Assembly (NCBI GenBank): GCA_009103225.1
Contig: RHPI01000810.1
Location: forward strand, 847,909-911,908
DNA: 64,000 nucleotides
Source of the DNA: Chlorokybus atmophyticus
Taxonomy: Eukaryota; Plantae; Mesostigma and Chlorokybus algae
Direction of reading: 5' to 3'
A model generated the notes under the pieces. It searched no databases and was not told the DNA's origin. It saw only the letters and a program-made list of their open reading frames with translations. Shown here piece by piece: positions 12,918-24,565 of this stretch (position 1 is the first letter of the stretch; each line of letters begins with the position of its first letter). Made by a program: the position numbers and the translations under genes.

Positions 12918-15900
12918 GGGTAAGGTGCCCTAAGTTGGGAACAGGCCCTAACTCGGGGATTGGCCGTTTTTTGCTTGTAGCTGGTGAACTGTCCGGGCTT
13001 TCTCGGCCATATTATAGGGCATGATAGAGCGCGTCAAGACCTAGGCAAACGGCCTCCTAGGGCGGGAGATTCAATCTTTCAAATATCATCAATTCTGTGT
13101 TTCAAACGGGTTGTTGAAACTTGGCAAGTTGTAATGTGACAACTCTGTCATATGAACTCCAAATCGAATGATTGTTTTGTTGCTGTGTTTGTATGGGTAT
13201 AGAGACCTTATATACCAAGTTTCATGTCATTTGCCGCGGAAATGCAAAAATTACCAAGTCCACATTTTTGGGCTAACGCAACGAAAACCCAATAATGTGA
13301 ACTTAAGTTGGCGTTATTCTTGCATCCCCAACTTGATGGTTGTGCATGTTAGTTGTTGTATTGCTGTCTAGCACACTGCCTACCGCTCCTTAGCTCACTT
13401 GCAAGCTTGTAGTTGCTGATAGCACATTTAGGTGTATATGCGGGGGGAGAGGTGAAAGTGGTAGTGTGTTGTGCAAGTTAGCAAGTGAGGAGTATTCGCA
13501 GCAAGTTGGCACAGTTGTAGTTGTATTGCAAGTGGAGTAAGATTGGGCACTAGGCTAACTGCTTGTAAAACCACCTCTACAGCCTTCCTATGGTGCAAAG
13601 CAGGGCTACCAGGGTAGGTGTGGTACATGACACTGCATGTTTATCATCATTGTGGCCTTTCAGCCACTCAGACCACCCTTGCATCATTGTGCTAATGCAC
13701 TCTGCCCTTAGGGAAAACGTGTGAAGGATAAAACTCCCTCAGCCAGGAAGCGCAAGCGCATCATCAACACGTACGAAGACTGCATGGAGGACATACAAAT
13801 GGCTGTGGCATCCATCCACAAGGGTTGCATATTCGTCAGCGATGCTATGAAGGACTTGGGGATACCCGACACCACCAGGCGCACGTTCCTCGTCCAACCC
13901 AACCTCTCTGAATACAAGTGCGTAGCACACTGCATGCACAACTGTTGTCAGATCATCATCACATACTCACACATGCATGTGCAACTGCGGGAGGACGGGA
14001 TCTCCCACTGTCTTCTTAGTTGAGGAGGAGGAGGACCTGGCTCAGTGGGTGATCTGTTGCAATGGATTGGGTCGTGCGGTAACATGGATAGAAGTTTGCA
14101 TCGAGGCGGGCAAAAGGCTGGCTGGTGACTCTAGAGCACAAATGTTCAAGAATGGTGTACCTGGCATCAAGTGGTTTAGGGGCTTGAAGCGGAGGAAGAA
14201 CTTGACCTCTAGGAAGGCAGAACCATTGGACAAGTTTTGGAGGAATTCTCTCAGCAGGGAGGTGGTCTACCACTACTTTGACTTGCTTGCAGAGACTGTC
14301 AACAAGCTTGGCGTAGGACCGGACAGGATCATCTCCGCCGACGAGGTTGGCATTGAGCCAGACACCGCAGTCTAGAATACCAGAGTCATCTGCAAAAGGT
14401 GAGTGGTTAGTAGCTTGCCCACACATTCATTGCATGCACAATCCTTGCTGCATGACATTGCAAGCACTAACTTACATGCGTCATGCAGTGGCGCCAAGTG
14501 GGCGCAGTCTGCAATTACTGGAAGTAGAGAGCACATCACCTTGATGTGCACTGTTACCAAAGCTGGGCTTGCAGTACCACCTCTCGTCATTGTCAAGGGG
14601 CAAAGGCTTACAGTTGACAGCATGGACTTCACAGAGCATGGAGCAAGATTTGCAGCGCAGGAGAACGCATGGATGACTACCGACATCTTTAAGACTTGGA
14701 TCACCAAGCTGGCGGAGTGGATGCCAGGAGGGGTCAATCCCACCAACCCTGCACTATTAGTAGCGGACGGCAATGTCAGCAGGTACAACCCCCGCATGAT
14801 ACGATATGCACAAGACAAGGGCTTGCACATCCTCGTCATGCCTCCCCACACAACCCATCGCCTTCAAGTGTTGGATGTCTCATGTTTCCACCCTTTCAAA
14901 GAGGCCTACAGGAAGGAGTATAGAAAGCGCCAAGAGACGAGGTACAACTTTGAGTTGAGCCGCAAGGAGTTTCTGCAACTTCTCGTCCAACCTTACTACG
15001 CCGGCCTCCACCCTGCCAACATCATTGCTGGCTTCTGCGCCTGTGGGTTGTGGCCCCTGAATAAACACGCACTAGACAAGTACTTTACAGAGCATGCACC
15101 CCCACCCCCTCCAGCACTGTCTTGCCTGTTGGCTGCAATAGGGACAGGCGCTGGTGATGGTGACAACAACAGAGATGGCAACGACAACACTGAGGACTGT
15201 GCAACCAACACTGAAGCGTCAGCCAAGAGGAGGAGGAGGACTAAAATTGCACATCTGCTAACAGCGGATAAAATCGCAGAAGAACTGGAGAGGCAAGATG
15301 CAGAGAAGTTAGCCAAAGCTGAGGCTGTGCAAGCAAGGAAAGAAGCAGCTAAGCAAAAGAAAGAGCAGCACTGGAAGCAGCCAACAGGGCAGAGGATAAC
15401 AAAAATAGGAAGAAGGCAGCGGCTCTGAAGAAAATGTTGGCTGAGAGAGAGAAGGAGAAGAGGAAACAAGCCAAGGCTGATGCGCATGCAGAAACACAAA
15501 GACAAAGACTGCAAGAGCAAGAAGCAGCACGGGCGGAGGAGGAGCAGAGAGCCAAGACCGCAAAAGAGGCGGAGGAGTTGCTGATGAGATATGAACGGGA
15601 CCCTACGCAATGCCACAACCAGCTAGGCGACCCCCTGTGGGACTATGCGGAGGCGTTCTTTGAACGCCACCTCCGAGGCGATCCCGCCACCAACCTCCTT
15701 GCCAAGGAAACGGGCAGTTGCTAGAGGCAGAAGCGGAGACAGCAGCATGCAAGCACGCCTTCACCTGCTTAGACTCTCTACTTAGACTTAAAAGTAGCTA
15801 GATGACATGACTGACCCTGTTTATACATACACACACACCACCTTGGTCTCCCTTGCTTGCCTTGTGCATGTTGCCCACACCCACAACAACGCCGCCGCCC

Positions 15901-16353
15901 ACCCTGCTTGCGCTGAACACAACCTTGCATTTGCCGCCAAACTTTGCCGCCAAAGCGGTGAGGTTGGCGGCTGCAGGACGGCTGCAGTCAACATTGCCCA
16001 CACATCAACCAACCCTCAGCCTGCCCACAAGCCTGCACTTGCCGTCAGCAGCCCAAGTCAAATGGCTGCGGCAAGCAGGCTGAGGGGACTCAAGCAAGGC
16101 TGGCACGCACTGACAGCCTTTCTTGAGTCCCCAAGATAGGGCATTTTCAGTTTGGGGCCCCAACCCCTTACACCCCCTACTTTGACCCTATGTATCTCAC
16201 AAAATACTTAACCATAATTAGTGAAACAAATATGGTTGTGTGGTCAAAAACTCTCTCCACAAAACACTCACTTACATCCCCGCCAAAAAATCAACACATC
16301 GCCCGCCACATGCTTAAAACCTAGAAATGTCCCCAACTTACGGCACCTTACCC
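12918..16353 (+). mobile_element. pogo/Fot1-like DNA transposon, full length, TIRs and TA target duplication
   Basis: Left TIR GGGTAAGGTGCCCTAAGTTGGGAACA (12918-) and right TIR, reverse complement GGGTAAGGTGCCGTAAGTTGGGGACA (-16353). TA flanks at 12916-17 and 16354-55. Confidence 0.9.
13721..15724 (+). pseudogene. Spliced pogo transposase (HTH_psq, CENP-B HTH, DDE_1 DD35D, K/E-rich tail), disrupted
   Basis: ADEVG, LLVADGNVSR and RLQVLDVSCF with 35 aa between D2 and D3. In-frame TAG at 14373-75, an apparently decayed acceptor near 13985, and a frameshift near 15370. Confidence 0.85.
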
Positions 16354-19300
16354 TAAACAACACAAGAGGTACGGGCGTCAACTTTTGCAAGTTCTATTTT
16401 CACACAAGGCAGCGTGCCTGCACGCGGTTCGCCTAAGCTGATGGTGACTTTTAGAAGTCTTTAAAGTAATGCCGCTGCTTTTGCGCCAGTTCGCTTACTT
16501 GCAACTTACTACCGACTTTCTCGGTAGGGTTGCTCAAGGGAACAGTCGATGTCGGCCGCCGCCATAAGTCTCTATTGCTACTTGCTCACACGAGAGGTCT
16601 TGTCACGCTGGCTGCCAGCAGGCTGATCGGTGGAACTGGTTTGAGTGATCCGGATGCTGGGGTGGGGCGCACAAGGTGTGCGAGGAAGAAGTGCGTGCCG
16701 AGGGTCGACACTGAGACAATAATATGCAGTAAAAATATGGCTGTTATGTAAAAAATGCTGAAATATATGTGTTTTTGCTTGGCTTAATCCGTTGTTGATG
16801 CTTTTACAGTCGCAGTGAACACATGTTTGTTTTGTGAAGAAAAAAAAGTGCATTGTGACTTTGCTGGGTTTAAACCAATGTGTTGTTTGTACGGTTGTGT
16901 TGTTCAGTATACATATTTGGCACATTATTGACGTCGATGTAATAATATAATACATCAATGCCCCTCCTGATTTAGCAATATTGTTAACGATAATGTTAAT
17001 ATGGCGATATGCAAACTAAGCGACGATCGTTGGTCGCAAGTTAAGAGGGAGCAAGCTGAGGATTTATGGGTAAAACCATCTTGCCGCAATTTTCCATAAT
17101 ATTTTTTAGCAATTTTATGGTTAAGTCATCTGATTATCATTGTATGGAAGTGCATCGTTATAACGTCATTTTGCTTAAAGCATATCACGCTAAGCTTCGA
17201 CAGTCAAGGTATAACAAATATGTATATAAAGTTATTATGTTAATGATTGTAATAATCGTGCTTATAAAAGCTTGATTTGCTGGGTTGTAATACAGCAATA
17301 GAGATTATAATTAAAATTGTGTAACGCAAAATTGTAATAATACATGGACACTGTCCACACTGTGCTCAAGGCTCAGAGTCTTAAATAATCAGCAACTCGT
17401 ATGTATTAAACAGCAAATTACGCCGTATGGCATTGTGCTGATGACACTTGCAGTGTTTTGTGACAAGTGTGCATTGACCTTGCAACATTGTGCTAAACAA
17501 AAAGTAAACGTATGCATAATAGATTTGCTTAATTGCAAGCGCAATCAACACATCAATCGTTGCAATCACAATACGTATCGCACATGCTTGAATGCGCATT
17601 GAAATGTAAAGTATATGTGTAGCGACACATTACGCCTTAGTTCATTATGCGTGTAACGTAGTATTTTTGATGGAAGCCCCCAGTCATAGAATACCTCCCC
17701 CTCACAAATGTATAGATGTAAACGAGCTCATGCTTCCTTGATTGAGGCTAAAGGGCTTTGTAATAAGAGGGGGGGGAGGGGGGGGGGGGAGACGCTACCC
17801 GAACAAGTACGGTAGCCAACAACTTCACGAATAATACGAAAAACCTCTGGGGCGCCACTTGCCCACCTCTCCTACCGGTGCAACACAATGCACATTTTGT
17901 ACACTTCAAGCCGATCATGCAAAGCACACATAAACGCAAGCCCACCTGTATCAACAGGTGTGTAATTGATAGCTGCAACACCTTTTATGGCATTGCGTGT
18001 GGCATGACAGGCTTAAGGGCTGGGTATGGGTAACTTGGTGTGCAGCAGCACACGACATGCGATATGCTTATGCTTATTGAAGTGGATTGCTATTGAGATG
18101 ATGGTTGCAATGTCCATGCACGTGATCTCTCTCTCTCTCTCTCTCTCGGCTGGCACTGCGTGTGAGTGTGACACGTATGCACGCATGATACATACCGGAG
18201 TCGGAACCCTTCCGTCTACGGAGACGCCCGCGGAGACACCAGACGGCCGGCGCGCGACTGGACTCGCGCCGCGCGGCTGGCGCCCCGCGTCTCCAGTTAA
18301 CCGTGGCGTCGGCGGTCAACGCGCGCGCGCCGTCGCTGACGCCATTAATGTCGTCGGCGGCCACGCCCGTTGCGCCGACGCTGGGGCGGTGGTGTGGGCG
18401 GGAAGGAGGCGAGCTCCTTGCCGCCTGCGCCCGGCAAGCAGCGGAGTGAGGGCGGCGGAGGGCAGGGTGGTGTGAGCGAGCGGGAAGGCGGCGAGCTTTG
18501 CGCCGTTCACTCGCAGCAACAGACGGCGGCGCAGGGCAGGGTGTGGGGTGGCGGGAAAGTTCGGGGCAGGAGCGAAGCAGAGGGGCGGGAGTGAAGCAGC
18601 CGGATTGTCGTATGTAGGTTGGTAGCATGACAATTGCTTGGTTGTCTTGTAAGCAGGCGCTAAAGTCGTAGGGGTTGTGCTTTATTTAGGCTGTGTAGGT
18701 TTGTCATATGGTTGTCTGGTTAGCAGTTGTTAGAGTCGCAGGGTTTGTGCTTTGTGTACACTTGCTACTTTGTTTCGTTAATAGGTTCATTGTTGACTTA
18801 TTGAATGGCTTGCAATGCTTTAATATTGTGTACATGACTAGCTAACGCATTCACGCACACTGCATGCAGCAGCTACAAGAGTGTGCACATGATTGGGAGT
18901 GAACACCAATTGGGTTTGCAAATTGTTGACGCGCACACGCACGCACAGTGCATGCAGTTGTACGAGTGTGAGAGTGTGTACATGACAGATGACAGTTGTA
19001 GGGTTTGCTGTATGTGTAGGCACACGCATGCCCACACATGCGCACACAGCATGTCACATACATTCACGCACACACCCAGCAGGCACCAATTGCGACCAGA
19101 TTGTGCACTTGTAAACAACTTGAACTGTGCAGACGCACATGCCGTTGCACATGCACACACGCACAGTGCACGCAATAGTTGTATGATTGCAAGAGTGTGT
19201 GCGATGATTGCAGGTTTTTTGTATGTATGCACGTGCACCCAGCAAGCAGCATGCGCGCGCACGCACCTCGCAAACAGCTGCCCAATTATACCACATGTAC

Positions 19301-19365
19301 CTAGACTTCAAGCATGGCTATCAATGTGCCTGTGTATCCGTACATGTACATGCTCAACTCTCAAC

Positions 19366-22300
19366 TCAATCAAGGCATGCCTCCTCTTCTCCTTCGTCGT
19401 CATCCGTAGCTTTGCGCTTGCGGGGGCGTTGCGCGCGCAGGTGATCACAAAGCTGTGAAATCGCCATTGCTTTTCCTCGACGGTGTTGTGCTGGGTCATT
19501 TCTGTAAGCATCAAGTCGCGATGCTGCATCCTCCTTGGAAATATCAAGGTCCTTGGCCGTCTTTATCACGTGCTGAAATATGATGTTGCGCTTGTCGAAA
19601 AACTTTACCATGGCGCAGTCTCCCTGCCGCCATGCTGTCTTATGCAATTGCACAAGCTCTTTGACAGCTGGGCCACCATCCAAGCCACATGTGAATTCCA
19701 TCTAGATGTCTAGCACAGTGGACAGCTCTTGCTGCAGTTGATACCTTGGTGGAATGTCGCGTGCACTTGGCTTAGCTTGAGGAGGTTGTCGCGATATTGA
19801 TGGACGATGTGTAGGTGCTGCAGCAGAGGGTAAACCTTTGCCTGGTGAGCTGTCCGGACCGATATGCACTCCTTGCTGTGTAAATTCTTCGCGGATTCAT
19901 TGCTCTATGCAAGCAACTTTAGCATCCATAGATGCCTCAAAAGCAATAAGCATCTGCTGCTGCGCTGTCACATGGTTCATCATCATCCGCAACAGCCGCT
20001 CTAGCTATTGCATGATTACGGCAAACCGCACAAAACCCAATATCAACGCATGCTGATTCTTATATACATGCACGCATGTAATTGTGTACAAACAGCTTGA
20101 CACAGTAGAATACATGTTATAAGCAGATTGACGTTGTACAGCTTGCACACTTACCCGATCAGGCAGTGTGTCGTACTGTGGATATGGCGCAGCCATCCAC
20201 TGATTATGAGCAGCACATACTTGTGCAGCCCAAGCCTCAAACATCGGAGTCTGAAACATGAGATATGCACAGACGCTCAAAGCGGTGAACCCGCATTGCT
20301 GCACATCGCCTCTAGACAACGTAACATCACGGCGCATAAGGGCGACATCCTGTGTGGCAATGTAATTATGTATACTTTACACATGTATAAAACAATAAGT
20401 TATGTGTCAACCCACAAGGTTATGCACGTTTGAAACCTGCGCAACAACATTGCGCTTGTGGTCGAGAAATTTGCAGTGCTTGTAAGCAACATAATTGGCC
20501 TGGCCGTAGGCTCGCTCTCTTTGAAAATGTCACACATGACATTACAACACATAATACTATGGTATGTTTCTTCATAAAGTACATCATGCATTAATTGTGT
20601 ATATCGCGCACATGTGTTCCATTGCATTGTCAAGCCATGGAAAGATCTTACGCCGCAATGTATGCGGCAGCGAAAAGCGAGAGCGCGCCAGGATATTCTT
20701 TGAAGACAATTGCTCGCCACCATGTCCGGCAGTCACGGCGCATGTGGCCACGTCCAGCTTGGTCACCAGCTTGGTGGTATAACAATGAAAAGTGCTCGTT
20801 ACTCCATCTTCCATTCTGATTGATGCCCTGTTCTGTTGCTCTGCATACGGACATAGTTATTCACGCGTTATATTATCATCAGAATGTATGCTTTACAGTT
20901 ACGCTCTCAATACACATTAATCAGCAGCTTCCGTGCAACTTACCCCGCATTCATTGCTTGTTGCGAGAATTCTTTTCGTGAAGTCACATGGACCTTCTGT
21001 TTTCCATGCACAATGTCGCAGTGCCAAAACGCTTCACACGCATTCACGTACTGCTGCTTGTATGACACAAGCTTGCTTGGATCTTCTTCCCGAAAACAGC
21101 TTTTCCCCGTATCTGCTCAGCGCATCTGTTACAGCCCACTCGACCACAAAAGACTTGGTGCTTTTATGGTCGATTTGTGGTAGTTTAATGTACCTTCCCG
21201 TTACATTCCCCCCCACATAAGAACGCTAACGTCCTCGGCAGCTGGCTCCCATCAGCTGGGGAATCATCCTAGGGGTCTGATTAGAGTTGGTCACCGGCCC
21301 CACCACCCAAGGACCGGCCAATTTAGGCCCATACCGGTCAACGCGCGCATAGCGACCAGCTGATGGGAGCCAGCTGCCGAGGTTGTCAGCGTCCTAAAGT
21401 GGGGGGGAATGTAACGGGAAGGTACATTAGATTACCACAAATCGACCATGGAAGCACCGAGTCTTTTATAGTTGAGTGGACTGTGACATTGGTCATCGGA
21501 GCTTGAGACCCGGGTTCGATTCCTGCCTTGCACACGAATTTCGCGGTCGTTGTTTCTTGATCCAGTAACATCGTAAATGGTCACTTCATAAATGCCATCA
21601 TCGATAGGTCGCGACTTGCCTAATGGCAGTCGCGCCGGCGTTCAGTCGGCGCGGCAGGACGCAACCTGCCTGTCGCGATGCGACCTGTGGGCCGGCAGCG
21701 ATTTACGTGCGTTGACCGGTATGGGCCTACTATTAGCCGGCCCTTGTCTGTGGGGCCGGTGACCGACCCTAACAAACCCCTGGGACAATTCCCCAGCTGA
21801 GCGTGGGCAGCTGCCAAAAACGTCAGCGTTCTTAAGTGGGGGGGAATGTAACGGGAAGGTACGTTAAATAACCACAAATCGACCATCAAAGCACCAAGTC
21901 TTTTGTGGTCGAGTGGGTTGTAACAGCATCATGAATTATTGACAACCATAATATGGCCGCACAGCTATAGCGATCAATCAACACACTTACCAAGCGGCTC
22001 GTGTTGAGAAGTCTGGCGGCGGGCGCTCATGCAGGTGGTAGTTGTGAAAGAGGTGCAGCGCAATTGCGATCTGCCAGCACGCAACCGGATTCTTGTGCCT
22101 CAGTCCGCCAAAAAATTCAGCCCCGCCATTGCATTGATATATATGTTAAGCAGTCTGTAAATAATGTTTGTTTGTCACATGTATCACAGCAAGCGTCTAT
22201 CACATCAAGCATAATTAACATTACCTTATTAATCTTGCGGTTTCAGGATACGAAGCACAAGATTGTACCTTGTTCGAGGCCCAAGAACGACTTCTCAGGC

Positions 22301-23153
22301 TTGTAATTAAACAGGTCGCAAATCTCCACAGCGCGGGAAACATCACAGCGTGTCAAGTAGGTATGCCGTAAATACATATCAAGTCCAAGATGCATACACA
22401 TGTAGTCAACATCAATCAAAGACAATGTTTACACTTCATGTGTGCATGCATCATACATTGCACACGCACATACCGCGCTCAGAGTGCAGCAGCCTGTTTT
22501 ACATTATTCCCTTGCTGCGATGCCTTCGACAACCAGTATTCGCTCAATCGACGATAATCATCGGCACTATAGGATTCCGCACCAGTGCCAGCAAAACGAT
22601 CGCAAAACTCCATGTCATATGCATCGACATACATTATATATACATATGTGCATAGCAAGCCCGTACGCACAACACTTGCAACACATGTCATCACATGCTT
22701 ATGCTTTGACTTCGCTAGATATGTTGCGTTTGGCTACACCCAATTTGAGTTAAACTGCTTGCTTCATGCGCAAGTCTGCTGGAAAAGCATCTCTACAATA
22801 CTCGCATCTTTGAAGGCATCCTCTAAGCCTTTAACATAGTTCTCCAATGTGCTCCATGACTGGTTTTGTTTGGTCATCAAGAACTTCACGGCATGTTCAA
22901 CGGTCACGCGCATAGGAAGCCCCTCCTCTGTGCACTAAGCCTGTTAAAACGTCAGTTTTTTTACCTTCACACCACCGCAATGACCCACAAAATAACATTG
23001 CTTATAGCCATCATGCTGTACCTGATAAGTCTTGACCGCGCGTGTGTAAGCAGCTCGTATGGATGCTGGACGAGCTGCTTGTTTTGCGGATAAAAGGTCA
23101 GCCACTGTCTCAGACCGTCGCGGCTCGTCATCACTATCTTCATCATTCATCAT
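19366..23153 (-). pseudogene. Crypton-type tyrosine recombinase (NDC10_II-like plus GCR1_C), multi-exon, decayed
   Basis: Hand-spliced exons give RPASIRAAY, WSTLENYVKGL, DRFAGTGAESYSADDYRRLSEYW, LDMYLRHTYLTRCD..DLF, RHKNPVAC..PPPDFSTRAAW, GRWSNE, RRKIFPWLD and TVLDI*MEFTCGLDGGPAVKEL..FFDKRNII. Several Trp codons are mutated to TAG. Confidence 0.8.
21127..21925. mobile_element. Composite TRIM insertion: inverted 3' fragment, partial copy and full copy, inside a Crypton intron
   Basis: 79-bp LTRs at 21127-21205 (-), 21410-21488 (+) and 21847-21925 (+). PBS-like TGGTCATCGGAGC at 21490-21502. PPT AAGTGGGGGGGAA. GCATC direct repeat on both flanks. Confidence 0.85.
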
Positions 23154-24044
23154 GGCTTGTATGCGACCTCCTGCTCACGCTGATTGCTTAGCCACACGCA
23201 CGCACGCACACACATACACAAACCCTCCCACCCACCCACGCACTTAATTATATAACATTTGCGCAATGAGACCCAACCACAACAGTACCAACCATAATGA
23301 ACACAGTGTGACACCGACACTTACAGAGTATATGTTGGCGTAAGTACCGTTACTACACCGCCTGCTCTGACCTAAACTAATAGTACGATCGCATCGCGAT
23401 CATGATCGATTGTTAAACTTTACTCTAATTACTTGGGTTGTTCACAACCTGCGCAGCAACGAGGACCACACAAGTATAAGTGCGTGCAGGTGCGAGCGTG
23501 CGCGTGCATTAGAAAGAGGGAGAAAAAAGACACACCATCAACCCGCTCGCCCACACACACTTATCACTTACAACGTCGTAGACCCGTCAACTCGCCCCAT
23601 CCTGTAAGAAGGGGGGTGCTACCGCCCCCTTAAATCCCCTACCTTAACACCACCACCACAGCCACGTCGCCGCCGCCGCTGGCAGCCAGGGGATCGAAAG
23701 ATCCCCTGGCTATAGCGGTCGCTGCGTTAGCAGCGTCGCCATGCGGCCGATATCGACTTGACATGAGTCTCAAGTCGATATCGATGTTACATAACATAAC
23801 ACCTTATGAGGGGCTATAAAGGCCCTCATATGACTGTAATGGCTGTGTTTATCCCGTTGGGACCCTTATTTCTCATTAAATAAGGGCGGGGAACCGCATA
23901 TTGGTAGCACTCCATTACATTCCCCCCCACTTGGGTTTAATGTCCTCATTGAAGGGTTAGCAAGGCCCCATCGTGAGCACTGAAAACCTGAGTGAGAAAA
24001 GAACCAGGGCCGAAGCGGTAAAGATGTTTGCCAGCACCCTTTTA

Positions 24045-24371
<327 letters not shown>

Positions 24372-24486
24372 TTAACCACTTTGAAGGGGCCTATCCAGCG
24401 AGGACAAACTTTCGGGTACCCACTCCCTTGATGGATATGTTTTTAGTGCTTAAAAGCACCGTATTGCCCACATCATAGTCGCCTTG

Positions 24487-24565
24487 TGTAACGGGAAGGT
24501 ACACTAAATTACCACAAATCGACCATAAAAGCACCAAGTCTTTTGTGGACGAGTGGGCTGTGACA
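24487..24565 (+). mobile_element. Solo TRIM LTR inserted in the integrase region of element A
   Basis: 79-bp TGTAACGGGAAGG..GCTGTGACA, flanked by CCTTG and GCTTG (4/5 TSD match). Confidence 0.8.

Noticed and set aside
12350-12918. Short ORFs flanking the pogo insertion site
   Set aside because: Joining the flanks across the TA site gives no recognisable protein.
14996-15618. Long Leu/Ser/Phe-rich minus-strand ORFs (also 50007-50636, 57494-58085)
   Set aside because: These are antisense shadows of K/E/A-rich coding regions on the other strand.
21410-21925. Repeat-spacer-repeat look of the 79-bp units as a possible CRISPR array or tRNA gene
   Set aside because: The units have TG..CA ends, PBS, PPT and TSDs, so they are LTRs. 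There is no cas gene and no full cloverleaf; the A-box to B-box spacing is too short for a tRNA.
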